Positions 10,640-19,992 of a stretch of DNA of 64,000 nt are shown here, one piece after another. Source of the stretch: Parachlamydiales bacterium (lineage in GTDB: Bacteria > Chlamydiota > Chlamydiia > Chlamydiales > Parachlamydiaceae); the NCBI GenBank assembly GCA_963709145.1, contig CAVPVT010000053.1:15819-79818 (forward strand), read 5' to 3'. The notes beneath the pieces were generated by a model. It saw only the letters and a program-made list of their open reading frames with translations. It was not told where the DNA came from and did not search any database. Numbering within the stretch: position 1 is the first letter of the stretch; each line of letters begins with the position of its first letter. The position numbers and the translations under genes are program-made.

Positions 10640-11960
10640 AAAAGTTTTAATCGTCGATGATGAAAACTTAGTGAGAAAGTTTGTCGCTGAAGTTTTGCGC
10701 GGTAAAAATCTTGATGTTGCAATGGCTTCAAATGGGCAAGAAGCCCTAAAACTCATTAAAGATTCTGTGTTTGACTTGATTATCACCGACATGAAAATGC
10801 CCGATCTCACAGGGATCGACATCATAAAAAAGGTCAAAGAGCTATCGCCTAGCTCCATCGTTGTCGTTTTGACAGGTTTTGGCAGCATTGAAAATGCTGT
10901 GGAAGCGATGCGGGTGGGGGCATTTAACTACTTGATCAAGCCCGTTTCTCCTGACATGATTGAAACTTTGGTGGACAAGGTTGAAGAGCATTTGACGCTC
11001 GTCAATGAAAATCAATATTTCCGTTCCGAAGCCAGAAAGAAAGTGGGCAGCAATATCGGTGTCATTGCCCGAAGTCCGACAATGCAAGCCGTCATGAAAC
11101 AAGTCCAACAGGTGGCTAAAAGCAACGCAAACGTATTTATCACGGGTGAATCAGGGACCGGTAAAGAAGTGATTGCCCATGCCATCCACTATCAGTCCCC
11201 CAGAGCCATTGCACCCTTTATCAAAGTCAACTGTGCGGCGATTCCCGAAACACTGATTGAATCTGAGTTTTTTGGACATGAAAAAGGAGCTTTTACAGGG
11301 GCGAATGCAAAACGTTTGGGGCGTTTTGAACTTGCGAACACTGGAACTTTGCTTTTAGATGAAATCACTGAAGTGCCGCAAGGGCTGCAGGCTAAATTAT
11401 TGCGAGTGATCCAAGAACAGGAATTTGAACGGGTAGGAGGCAATAAACCTGTTAAGGTCAATGTGCGACTCATTTCCACTTCCAATCGGGATATCCAAGC
11501 CGCAATTAGAGAAAAAATATTACGCGAAGATCTCTTTTACCGATTAAATGTCGTGCCGATCCATTTGGCACCTTTGCGAGAAAGAAAGGAAGATATCTTG
11601 CCTTTAGCCGATTATTTTTTGACAACATTCTGCAATGAAAATCATTACCCAGTCAAAAAACTATCTAAAGATGCTCAAAAAAAGCTTTTGGCCTACCATT
11701 GGCCAGGAAATGTGAGAGAGCTTGGCAATATTATTGAACGGGCTGTTGTAATGGATACGACTGGCACGATCAACGCAAGCCAATTGTACATCGATGATTC
11801 TTCTTTAGGTACTCCCCGCCTTTCTTTGCAAGACCTTGAGAAACGGTTGATCATCGAAACCTTAGAAGCGCAAAACCATGATCGGATTGAAACTGCAAAA
11901 GCTTTGGGGATGACTCTAAAGACATTGAAAACTAAATTAGAACATTATTCCTTAGAATAG
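10629..11960 (+). CDS. sigma-54-dependent response regulator (NtrC family; CtcC/AtoC-like)
   Basis: 443-aa ORF with a receiver domain (VLIVDDE ... ITDMKMPD) and an AAA+ sigma-54 interaction domain (GESGTGKE; GAFTGA loop in EKGAFTGAN; LLLDEI). It ends in a C-terminal HTH. Confidence 0.85.
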   Translation: MAIEKVLIVDDENLVRKFVAEVLRGKNLDVAMASNGQEALKLIKDSVFDLIITDMKMPDLTGIDIIKKVKELSPSSIVVVLTGFGSIENAVEAMRVGAFNYLIKPVSPDMIETLVDKVEEHLTLVNENQYFRSEARKKVGSNIGVIARSPTMQAVMKQVQQVAKSNANVFITGESGTGKEVIAHAIHYQSPRAIAPFIKVNCAAIPETLIESEFFGHEKGAFTGANAKRLGRFELANTGTLLLDEITEVPQGLQAKLLRVIQEQEFERVGGNKPVKVNVRLISTSNRDIQAAIREKILREDLFYRLNVVPIHLAPLRERKEDILPLADYFLTTFCNENHYPVKKLSKDAQKKLLAYHWPGNVRELGNIIERAVVMDTTGTINASQLYIDDSSLGTPRLSLQDLEKRLIIETLEAQNHDRIETAKALGMTLKTLKTKLEHYSLE

Positions 11961-11976
11961 ACTTAAAAAGCGCTTT

Positions 11977-12657
11977 ATGGTCATTATTTTTGATCTTGAT
12001 GACACCTTGTATGATGAGTCACAATTTATCCGAAGCGGCTTTAAGGCTGTCGCTAAATATCTTGCCCCTCTACTCAACCTTAACCAAGAAAACATTGTTT
12101 CCGACCTTGAAAAAGAATGTGCTCAACAACGCGATTTGGTGTTCAACCGCTTTTTAGCCAAACATAAAATCACATCGGAGCAAGTGATCGATCATTGTGT
12201 AGGCATCTACCGCTACAATGAACCCTCTCTTTCCCTTTATCCTGAAGCGCTCCCCTGCTTTGAACGATTGGAGAATTATCCCCTTTATGTTCTCACAGAT
12301 GGGAATCGGATTGTTCAATGGAATAAATTTTTGGCCCTCGGTTTGCAACCGATCATGAAAAAATGTGTCTGCACTGATGAATATGGGCTATACCGCAACA
12401 AACCGTCTTCCTACTGCTTTGAAAAAATTTGCGAATGGGAAAAAATTTCCCCCTCGCAAGTTGTATATGTCGCGGATAATCCCTACAAAGATTTTATTGG
12501 AATAAAACCTTTAGGTTTTCGCACAGTGCGAGTGCTGACAGGAGCCAATGCCAAAGCTTGGGTATTTCCACGCTGGGATGGGGATATGAAAATTATGAAT
12601 TTAGGGGCACTGGATGTCCCGATGTTGAAAAAATTAATTAGGATTAACAATGCTTGA
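11977..12657 (+). CDS. HAD-superfamily hydrolase
   Basis: 226-aa ORF with HAD motif I at the N-terminus (IIFDLDDTLYD) and a late acidic motif (VYVADNPYKD). It starts 16 nt after the regulator stop and overlaps the next gene by 8 nt. Confidence 0.65.
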   Translation: MVIIFDLDDTLYDESQFIRSGFKAVAKYLAPLLNLNQENIVSDLEKECAQQRDLVFNRFLAKHKITSEQVIDHCVGIYRYNEPSLSLYPEALPCFERLENYPLYVLTDGNRIVQWNKFLALGLQPIMKKCVCTDEYGLYRNKPSSYCFEKICEWEKISPSQVVYVADNPYKDFIGIKPLGFRTVRVLTGANAKAWVFPRWDGDMKIMNLGALDVPMLKKLIRINNA

Positions 12658-13702
12658 AATCACAATCGGATCGCGCAAGGTAGGGTCAGCTTACCCCCCA
12701 TTCATCACCGCAGAGATATCTGGGAATCACAATGGTTCCTTAGAACGAGCTTTAAGCTTAGTCGATGCAGCTAAAAAGGCAGGAGTGGATGCTATCAAGC
12801 TACAAACTTATACACCGGATACAATGACTTTAGATCGGAAAGATGGGGATTTTTTTATTTCTAATCCCAAGAGTTTATGGAAAGGTAAATCGCTTTATGA
12901 TCTGTATAAGGAGGCATATACTCCTTGGGAGTGGCATAAGCCTATTTTCGATCGATGTCAGAAGTTGGGGTTAATCTTTTACAGCTCTCCTTTTGATGCT
13001 AGTGCGATCGATTTTCTCGAAAAATTCAACGTTCCTTGTTACAAAATTGCCGCCAATGAGCTTGGGGATCATGCTCTAATTTGCAAAGCGGCCAAAACAG
13101 GCAAGCCGTTAATTCTTTCAACAAGCACCTCGACGTTTGCGGAAATCGATGAAGCTGTGAGAGCCGTGCGTGAGGCAGGGTGCAAGGAACTTTTACTCCT
13201 CAAAGGCACCAATGCTTATCCAGCACCCCCAGAAGATATCAATCTGCGGACCCTTCCTCATCTAGTCGAAAGTTTTAACGTCCCTGTAGGCCTTTCAGAC
13301 CATAGTTCGGGGATTGGAGTGGCCATTGCTAGTATTCCGTTTGGCTCTTGTGCGATTGAAAAACATATGACACTATCGCGGACAGAAGGAGGAGTCGATG
13401 CAGCCTTTTCGTTGGAACCGAAGGAAATGGGAGAACTGGTCAGAGAAAGTCGACGAGCTTGGCAGGCACTTGGAAAAGTGTATTATGGGGTGCTGGATTC
13501 AGAAAAAAGTTCCCATTCGCATAAAAGATCCCTTTATTTTGTGAATAAGGTTAAAGCGGGGAACAAAGTTAAAGCTTCCGATATCCGTTCCATCAGACCA
13601 GGGAGTGGCCTTCCTCCTAAATTTTTTGATATTATAGTAGGTCTCAAAGTCTCCCATGATGTGGAAGTTGGGACCCCGGTTCAGTGGGAATTATTCCATT
13701 GA
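12650..13702 (+). CDS. pseI: nonulosonic acid synthase, NeuB/PseI family (pseudaminic-acid-synthase-like)
   Basis: 350-aa ORF with a NeuB-family barrel (FITAEISGNHNGSLERAL; AGVDAIKLQTY; PCYKIAANEL; GLSDHS). It has a C-terminal SAF-like domain (IRSIRPGSGLPPKFF). Confidence 0.7.
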   Translation: MLEITIGSRKVGSAYPPFITAEISGNHNGSLERALSLVDAAKKAGVDAIKLQTYTPDTMTLDRKDGDFFISNPKSLWKGKSLYDLYKEAYTPWEWHKPIFDRCQKLGLIFYSSPFDASAIDFLEKFNVPCYKIAANELGDHALICKAAKTGKPLILSTSTSTFAEIDEAVRAVREAGCKELLLLKGTNAYPAPPEDINLRTLPHLVESFNVPVGLSDHSSGIGVAIASIPFGSCAIEKHMTLSRTEGGVDAAFSLEPKEMGELVRESRRAWQALGKVYYGVLDSEKSSHSHKRSLYFVNKVKAGNKVKASDIRSIRPGSGLPPKFFDIIVGLKVSHDVEVGTPVQWELFH

Positions 13703-13752
13703 ATTAAAACTTAAGTGTTTGTATGATATCCTCTTAATAAAAAGGGTATAAT

Positions 13753-14499
13753 ATGAGTCCATTGAATCCATCTGCAAAAATATTAGATGCCTATGATCTA
13801 GAAACCTTAAGTTTCTTTGATTCTAAAAAAAATTTGTTAGGCGTTTTAACACTTCGTAATGGCAGTCAACATTTAGTCACCATTCCTCGTAAAAATGTGA
13901 CCTATTGGACAAGATTTCAAAGCATATTTAATTATGGCCCTCTAGCCGAATCGTTTAGGATTGGCAATAAAAACCTATGCGGGGACGTACAAGTCAAACT
14001 CAAAGCAGTGAAGAAATATTTTAAAGGGGTGGAGATTAAAAGCCTGGAAAGCTCAACTCAGAAAACGGTTTATGAGCTTGCTGGGAAATGGTTAATGGTG
14101 CAAAAGAAAAAGATCCCGCAGTTCTGGAAAAGAGCTTCGGAAGGTCCATATAAAATAGGTGGACGAAAAATGTGGATTAACTCTGCTTGTAAAGTAAAAC
14201 ATGTTAAAAAGATGTTCTTTCTCGGGGGTAAATATAAATCCAATGAAAAGAAAGGAAAATATCAGGAAGTTCGCACTGAGGACATTGTTGTTCGTAGAAT
14301 ATTCACTCTACAAGATGAATATATAAATCCAAAAATTAGAGCTTATACGATTGACGAATCTAATCATGGGGAAGAATCAGGCTTGGGAGATGATTATCTG
14401 ATTATGGGAGATGATTATCTGATTATGGAAGGTCCTGCATCCATCGACTGGAGCACACGTTACGTCATCGAACTTCCAGATTTTGGAATTCTGTCTTAG
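13753..14499 (+). CDS. hypothetical protein (contains a perfect GDDYLIM-GDDYLIM duplication)
   Basis: 248-aa ORF in an otherwise empty interval. I recognise no domain. A 21-nt perfect tandem duplication lies at 14386-14427. Confidence 0.45.
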   Translation: MSPLNPSAKILDAYDLETLSFFDSKKNLLGVLTLRNGSQHLVTIPRKNVTYWTRFQSIFNYGPLAESFRIGNKNLCGDVQVKLKAVKKYFKGVEIKSLESSTQKTVYELAGKWLMVQKKKIPQFWKRASEGPYKIGGRKMWINSACKVKHVKKMFFLGGKYKSNEKKGKYQEVRTEDIVVRRIFTLQDEYINPKIRAYTIDESNHGEESGLGDDYLIMGDDYLIMEGPASIDWSTRYVIELPDFGILS

Positions 14500-16775
14500 T
14501 TATGAGATAGGTGGATGTCCAAGGTGAGGAAAAACTGAGACTCTTGGATTTGTTCCAATAGTTTGATCATGTGTTTTGATTTAAATTTAAGAACCAGTTT
14601 TCTAAATAATTCTATCTCATGTTGAATCATAGATGCAGTTTCATTTTCTTCTCCTTTTGCCGAAATCAGGACTGTAAACACGCGATCTAGCAGCTGGTAC
14701 AGCGAATTCATTTGGTAAAAGAGAGCGAAGTTTAAATGAGATAGATATGTAAAAGGTGTGCCCTTAACCTGTTTATAAAGTTCTGAAAAATTAGCGAGAT
14801 TTGTTTTATAAAAGTTAGAACTAGGCTTAAAGAAAACCTCCAGCCATGTTTTAAAAAAACTGAACTGTTCTTGGTCTAATACAATATCCTGATTCGAATA
14901 TGATTCTTTAAAACTGCCACCCAACATCGCTTCAAAGTAGTCGGAGGAACGTTTCAAGATGGCAGAATTGAAGAAAAGGGTATTTTTAAGATCACTCAGT
15001 GTACAATCTGATAAAGGGGAATTTTGACTGCAGTCGAAATTAACGACCTCTATTTCAGGGAATTTTTGAATCAATATATTCAGTCCCTCATAAGTAAGTT
15101 TAGGAAATTGTGTGACATCAATGCAAACCCTCTCCGGTACTTTTGCGTGAAGTTTTGTGGCATCTAAATCGCGGACAAGCGTGAAAAAAATTTCATCGGG
15201 TATGTCAAAGATCGGTTTTGGTTTCGATTTATCCTGTTCGTCTAGTGATGATATAAGATAAGAAATAAGCCAATCCTCAAGAACTTCAAAGCAAATCTCC
15301 ATTAAATCACTATTATTTGCTTCTTTTGCCGCAAGCAACAATTTCACATAATTGAAAGAAGAAAAAAGAGTGCTGAAGGCCATACGAAACGATTGAGGTA
15401 AAGGATTCAATTGGGCGAGCCTTGGGATTAAAACATCCGAGACGGCGGTATCTTCAGAATGCAAAGCCATTAACAAAAAATATCGGGGATAATCGAGTAA
15501 ATCGGGGCCTTTTATAAAGCTCATATAATACATACGTTTTGGATGATCAGAAGGAAATGATTCAAAAGGAAGAAATGCAAATTTCACAAAATGGGAGGGA
15601 TTGGGAATTAATTCTTTCACAATTTTTTTCCAACCATCTGATATGGTCCCCGTTTTCTTAACCAAAAATCCCGTTTGATGAAGCTCATCTATTTTTAACT
15701 TTTCCTGCTTTGGGTCTGGATTATAATCTGAAATACGCATGATTAAAAGAAACAGCTGAGATTGCATGCTGCCCATGGTATCTACAAATAGACAGATTCC
15801 TTTTAACATCTCTTTTGCTTCTTGATCCTCGATCAGATTAGGAAGATGAGGTAAAAGCTTTCGCAAAAGGTCCTGTTTTCGAGACTCAAAAGGGTCTGAA
15901 AGAGGCTTTTCAGAAAGTCGGAAGTTTTTAAAGCGTTGGCCCACTTGGCATAGACTATGAAAAGTAGACAATTTATCCTTAGGACTATCATAGCTCTCCA
16001 CACACTGCTCTAAGTTAGAAAGTATATAGCCATCAAACGAATCGGCACGGTATCTTGAACTTTCGGAAGTTACATAGATAAACTCTAAAAATCCCCTTTG
16101 ATCAGCTCTTAAAACAGGAAGATTAAAAAGATTAACCGTAGTCTTATAAATCAAAACATCTATTTCATCTTTTCTATTACCATGACTCCAAGCATCAAGA
16201 CGGTATAATATGTCTAAGAATTCAGGATCCGTTCTTTCATCTGATTTACTTGAAATTTCGCTCAGAAGAAAATCTAAACACACTGCATGCTCCTGGCGCA
16301 TTTGAAAAGGCAGAATCTCATCTCTGAAATCCATCACCACTATAAACTTATTAAAATAAGGATTGAGTACCGGTCCTTTTTCGTTTAAGGAAAGAGGGAC
16401 ATGCGACAAAATAAGGCTGCGCAGTGAATCAATTTTTTTTCGAACTCCATTTGCTTCTTCAAAGGTTAGTAGTTTCCAAGCCATTTTCCTTAAGTTTCTC
16501 AATGCGTACGGTAGGCAGTCGCGAAGTTCCACATCCCGTAATAAGGCATAGTCTGTGCGTCGTATTTCTGTTTCTAAAGTGTTTACTGCTTGAGTAAACT
16601 CTTGAATTTGTGAAAAGTTCGTTTGCTCTGTTTTTTTAGAAAACAAGGAATTAAAAAAAGAATTTTTCTTACTTAGACTTAAATTTCCATGCAGATGAAC
16701 CGAATTAAAATCCTTTTCAGGGAGTCCTGCAAGTTTGTATAAATTAAATATGACAGGATTTATTTCTGGTTCCAT
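14496..16775 (-). CDS. BTB/POZ domain-containing protein (eukaryote-like)
   Basis: 759-aa ORF. The C-terminal segment FFNSAILKRSSDYFEAMLGGSFKESYSNQDIVLDQEQFSFFKTWLEVFF follows the BTB core pattern (H-AVLAA-S-YF-AMF-GG-KES ... I-L-D). The rest is unrecognised and AT-rich. Confidence 0.6.
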   Translation of the reverse strand: MEPEINPVIFNLYKLAGLPEKDFNSVHLHGNLSLSKKNSFFNSLFSKKTEQTNFSQIQEFTQAVNTLETEIRRTDYALLRDVELRDCLPYALRNLRKMAWKLLTFEEANGVRKKIDSLRSLILSHVPLSLNEKGPVLNPYFNKFIVVMDFRDEILPFQMRQEHAVCLDFLLSEISSKSDERTDPEFLDILYRLDAWSHGNRKDEIDVLIYKTTVNLFNLPVLRADQRGFLEFIYVTSESSRYRADSFDGYILSNLEQCVESYDSPKDKLSTFHSLCQVGQRFKNFRLSEKPLSDPFESRKQDLLRKLLPHLPNLIEDQEAKEMLKGICLFVDTMGSMQSQLFLLIMRISDYNPDPKQEKLKIDELHQTGFLVKKTGTISDGWKKIVKELIPNPSHFVKFAFLPFESFPSDHPKRMYYMSFIKGPDLLDYPRYFLLMALHSEDTAVSDVLIPRLAQLNPLPQSFRMAFSTLFSSFNYVKLLLAAKEANNSDLMEICFEVLEDWLISYLISSLDEQDKSKPKPIFDIPDEIFFTLVRDLDATKLHAKVPERVCIDVTQFPKLTYEGLNILIQKFPEIEVVNFDCSQNSPLSDCTLSDLKNTLFFNSAILKRSSDYFEAMLGGSFKESYSNQDIVLDQEQFSFFKTWLEVFFKPSSNFYKTNLANFSELYKQVKGTPFTYLSHLNFALFYQMNSLYQLLDRVFTVLISAKGEENETASMIQHEIELFRKLVLKFKSKHMIKLLEQIQESQFFLTLDIHLSHN

Positions 16776-16882
16776 ACAATTACAAATAATAATTATAAAA
16801 AATATTATACCATAAAATTATGATTTAATACAATCTTACTATTTTTTACTATTTTAAAACTAGAAAGTTGCAAACTGGATGA

Positions 16883-17209
16883 TCAGAATATCGCAACTCT
16901 GAAGTCTTAATTTTTTTTTGGTCGGATTTAAGACAGATTTTAACCAATAACGAGTGTGGCGGAGTTCTCCCGTTTTCACTAAAGCTCCTTTTCCACTAAG
17001 ATCCTCCCAATTCTACCATTTCCATCCTCGAAAGGATGAATGCTTTCAAAATAAACATGGGCAATAGAGGCTCTTACGAGTATGGATTCAGATGATCGTG
17101 TTGAATTAAACCAATCAATAAAAGCAGTCATCTGCGCGGGGACATTCGACGACGGAGGCGCCTCAAAAAAAACTTTGCGTGAGTCATATCGATGCGAAAT
17201 AATCTGCAT
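16883..17209 (-). pseudogene. truncated, internally deleted copy of the Fic gene at 18703-19845
   Basis: 16883-16994 is near-identical to the fic 3' end (about 18703-18826). 16995-17209 is near-identical to the Fic-motif region (about 19200-19412). The ~375 bp between and the whole 5' third are missing. The 76-aa ORF 16979-17209 still reads HPFEDGNGRIGR. Confidence 0.75.
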
Positions 17210-17338
17210 AGGCTAATATCGATGAGTCAACGTCTTTTAGTTGATGAAATAATTCATTATGATATAATAATTAATGAATCAAAGAGGATTATATTAAAAA
17301 ATTAATTAATAAAAAAATATTTAACTGGAGCATTAGCT

Positions 17339-18637
17339 ATGAGCAATCTTATAAGCCCGGAAAGTCTCTCAAAACAACCACAAGCTACTCCTATTGAAGG
17401 AGAAACAGCTCCTCAAATAAACCGAGCGTTACCTGACTTACCACCTGAGCTCTTTGATCACGCATTATCTTATTTAAAAGACATGGATTTGCAGAATACA
17501 GCTAGGGTTAACAAAATTTGGAATGCAGCAACTATAGAACAGCCGAAACACGAAGAATATGCACTGATAAAAGCTTACATAAATTTTTTAGGCGATCATT
17601 TGAAGAAGAATAAAAAAGATGACCCTAAGTTTGTTGATTTTGTTAATGAACTAAAAAATCTTGTGCGTGAGGACACAAAAATTTTAGGTTCTATTGACCT
17701 CATGCAAGTTAAGACATCGATCTCTGATTTAAAAGAAAAACTTTTGAATAAATTGAAAGAACTGTCAGAGGACGACTTAACAAAGCTAAGCGATGCAGCA
17801 AAAAATGAAAGAAAACCAAGGTTTTTTGAAAATCTATTTGATTTGGCCAAAATTTACCGTCAAATCGATGAAGCCAATAAAAAAACTGATGAAGATGAAA
17901 AGAATAGCGATCTTAGAACGGCTTGTGAAGCTCTGTGCAAAGAGAATGCTCTCGATAAAGCCTTAGAGGTTTCCCAAAGCATAACTAAGGAAAGCACGAT
18001 AAGCAGTGTACTTGAAGATATCTCTAATATATATGTTTACAAGGGCAATTTAGATAAAGCACTTGAAATTGCCAATACAATTCCCAAAACAGGTACACGA
18101 GACACTGTTTTGTCAACCCTTTCACGTAAATGGGCTTCACACGGTGATGGTGATAAGGCAGAAGCGATTGTCAATACAATATCTGAAAAGGATTCAAAAA
18201 AATACGCTTTTAGCCTGATTGCTCAGTTATTGGTTAAATATGGAGCTGCCGATAAGGCAATAAAGATTGCCAGAAACATATCCAATGTCGAAGCAAAAGA
18301 GAAGGTTCTTTTCGATGTTTATCTGGAATTAATGAAGCGGGGTGAAACAGCTAAAGCCAATGAGATTGCTCATGAAATACCCTTAGATTTTTTTGGAAAG
18401 CTTAAACGAGACGAGGCTTTAGTAGAGATCTCAAGGGACTTTGTCAATAGTGACAAAATTGATAAAGCCCAAGAGATTGCACTTTTAATATCTGATCCTC
18501 TTACCAAGACATTTGCTCTTATGAAGATTGGCGCGAAATTGATTCAAAGCGGTGATCGTGCTCAAGCAAAAGAAGTTACCGGATTAATACCTCTGGATGT
18601 ATATAGGCAGTTCATGCTGAGTGTTATACAAGCTTAA
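17339..18637 (+). CDS. F-box protein with about seven 33-aa TPR-like helical repeats (eukaryote-like)
   Basis: 432-aa ORF with an N-terminal F-box pattern (LPDLPPELFDHALSYLKDMDLQNTARVNKIWNAAT). It is followed by a repeating D-DKA-EIA--I ... G unit of ~33 aa. Confidence 0.65.
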   Translation: MSNLISPESLSKQPQATPIEGETAPQINRALPDLPPELFDHALSYLKDMDLQNTARVNKIWNAATIEQPKHEEYALIKAYINFLGDHLKKNKKDDPKFVDFVNELKNLVREDTKILGSIDLMQVKTSISDLKEKLLNKLKELSEDDLTKLSDAAKNERKPRFFENLFDLAKIYRQIDEANKKTDEDEKNSDLRTACEALCKENALDKALEVSQSITKESTISSVLEDISNIYVYKGNLDKALEIANTIPKTGTRDTVLSTLSRKWASHGDGDKAEAIVNTISEKDSKKYAFSLIAQLLVKYGAADKAIKIARNISNVEAKEKVLFDVYLELMKRGETAKANEIAHEIPLDFFGKLKRDEALVEISRDFVNSDKIDKAQEIALLISDPLTKTFALMKIGAKLIQSGDRAQAKEVTGLIPLDVYRQFMLSVIQA

Positions 18638-18702
18638 AAACCCGGTGAAGTCTGGGTGGTTTCGGTCTTTTTTTTGCATGAAGTCGGGATTTCGCATGAA
18701 GG

Positions 18703-19845
18703 TCAAGAATATCGAAACTCTGAAGTCTTAATTTTTGTTTTTTTGGTCAGATTTAAGACAGGTTTTAACCAATAACGAGTGTGGCGGAGTTCTCCCGTCT
18801 TCACTAAAGCTCCTTTTTCCACTAGATCGGTTAAATCGCGCGTTGCTGTTGCTCTGGAGGTCTTTGCAATTTTAATATAATTCTCAGCACTTAATCCCCC
18901 TTGAAAGCCCCTTAATCCCTCTGCAAACATTCTTAATAAAACTTTTTCCTGACGCAAATTGAGTTGCCCAGAGAGCTCTGTAAGTATCTTTGATTTTTCA
19001 ATCAAAAAGTAAAGAAGTCTCATTGATTCGTCTTGAGCCTGTAAAATCACGTCAGAAAAAAACTCTACCCAATGTCCAATCTCTAAGGTGCGATTACATT
19101 TTTCCAAGGCGGCGTAGTACTCTTTTTTTCGCTTTTCTAATACCTTAGATACTGCAATTAAAATAGGTTGTTCAATCCCTTGAGACAGAATTTTTTCAAC
19201 TAAGATCCTCCCAATTCTACCATTTCCATCCTCGAAAGGATGAATGCTTTCAAAATAAACATGGGCAATAGAGGCTCTTACGAGTATGGATTCAGATGAT
19301 CGTGTTGAATTAAACCAATCAATAAAAGCGGTCATCTGCTCGGGGACATTCGACGACGGAGGCGCCTCAAAAAAAACTTTGCGTGAGTCATATCGATGCG
19401 AAATAATCTGCATGGGTTCTTCATGAGTGCGATATTTGCCACTATTCGCAAGATCAGATTGACCGTCAAATAGCTCAGAATGCCATTTGAAAAGCATTTC
19501 GTGATTCAAAGGTTTATCAAAGGAATCATAAACACTGCAGAGAAGTTTGGCCATTCGAGATTCTTTATTGGCTTCTTGCTTTCGAAGAGTTTTCAAACCA
19601 AAATGCTGCTTGATTGAGGATTGCAAACTTTCTCTATCGAGGATTTCGCCTTCAATTCTGGAGCTTTTAAGTCCCTCCGTACTAAGGATCTCGACAACAA
19701 ATCCCTGGTAATCTTTCTCATCTATACTTTTTAGGAACGCGAATGCACCGCCAATACCCAATAGAAATTGCCTTTCTCTTCGGGATATCCTAGCCGGCTC
19801 ATAATTAAAGTGGGGCCAATCTGGAAGCTCCCAATTCCAAGGCAT
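18703..19845 (-). CDS. Fic family protein (AMPylase type) with C-terminal winged-helix domain
   Basis: 380-aa ORF with the canonical Fic motif HPFEDGNGRIGR. An upstream inhibitory-helix-type motif S-x-x-x-E-G occurs in KSSRIEGE. The C-terminal DNA-binding-like segment reads TSRATATRDLTDLVEKGALV. Confidence 0.85.
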   Translation of the reverse strand: MPWNWELPDWPHFNYEPARISRRERQFLLGIGGAFAFLKSIDEKDYQGFVVEILSTEGLKSSRIEGEILDRESLQSSIKQHFGLKTLRKQEANKESRMAKLLCSVYDSFDKPLNHEMLFKWHSELFDGQSDLANSGKYRTHEEPMQIISHRYDSRKVFFEAPPSSNVPEQMTAFIDWFNSTRSSESILVRASIAHVYFESIHPFEDGNGRIGRILVEKILSQGIEQPILIAVSKVLEKRKKEYYAALEKCNRTLEIGHWVEFFSDVILQAQDESMRLLYFLIEKSKILTELSGQLNLRQEKVLLRMFAEGLRGFQGGLSAENYIKIAKTSRATATRDLTDLVEKGALVKTGELRHTRYWLKPVLNLTKKTKIKTSEFRYS

Positions 19846-19919
19846 GAGTTATAGACCTCTATTCTATAACTCAAATTTATACATAAACGTGAGTTATAGA
19901 GCAAGGCTCTATAACTCAC
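19845..19919. promoter_or_regulatory. two inverted repeats sharing the half-site TGAGTTATAG, directly upstream of or overlapping the fic start
   Basis: IR1 is TGAGTTATAG-N9-CTATAACTCA (19845-19873). IR2 is GTGAGTTATAGAG-N5-CTCTATAACTCAC (19889-19919). Both arms are perfect. Confidence 0.4.
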
Positions 19920-19947
19920 GCGCTGCTTTTCCATATGCCCTGATAGC

Positions 19948-19982
19948 AAAAATGTGGGGCCAGGCGTGGCCCCACATTTTTT
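19948..19982. terminator. bidirectional intrinsic terminator hairpin
   Basis: AAAAATGTGGGGCC-AGGCGT-GGCCCCACATTTTTT has a 14-bp perfect stem flanked by A and T runs. It lies between the USP-like remnant and the fic promoter region. Confidence 0.6.
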
Positions 19983-19992
19983 AGATGAGCTA

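Noticed and set aside
11566-11580. Sigma-54 promoter-like TGGCAC...TTGC (also TGGCACGGTTGGCA at 28224-28237)
   Set aside because: The GG-to-GC spacing is two bases short of the -24/-12 consensus at both sites. Both lie inside coding sequence (the regulator gene and the Rieske CPWHGWQF motif).
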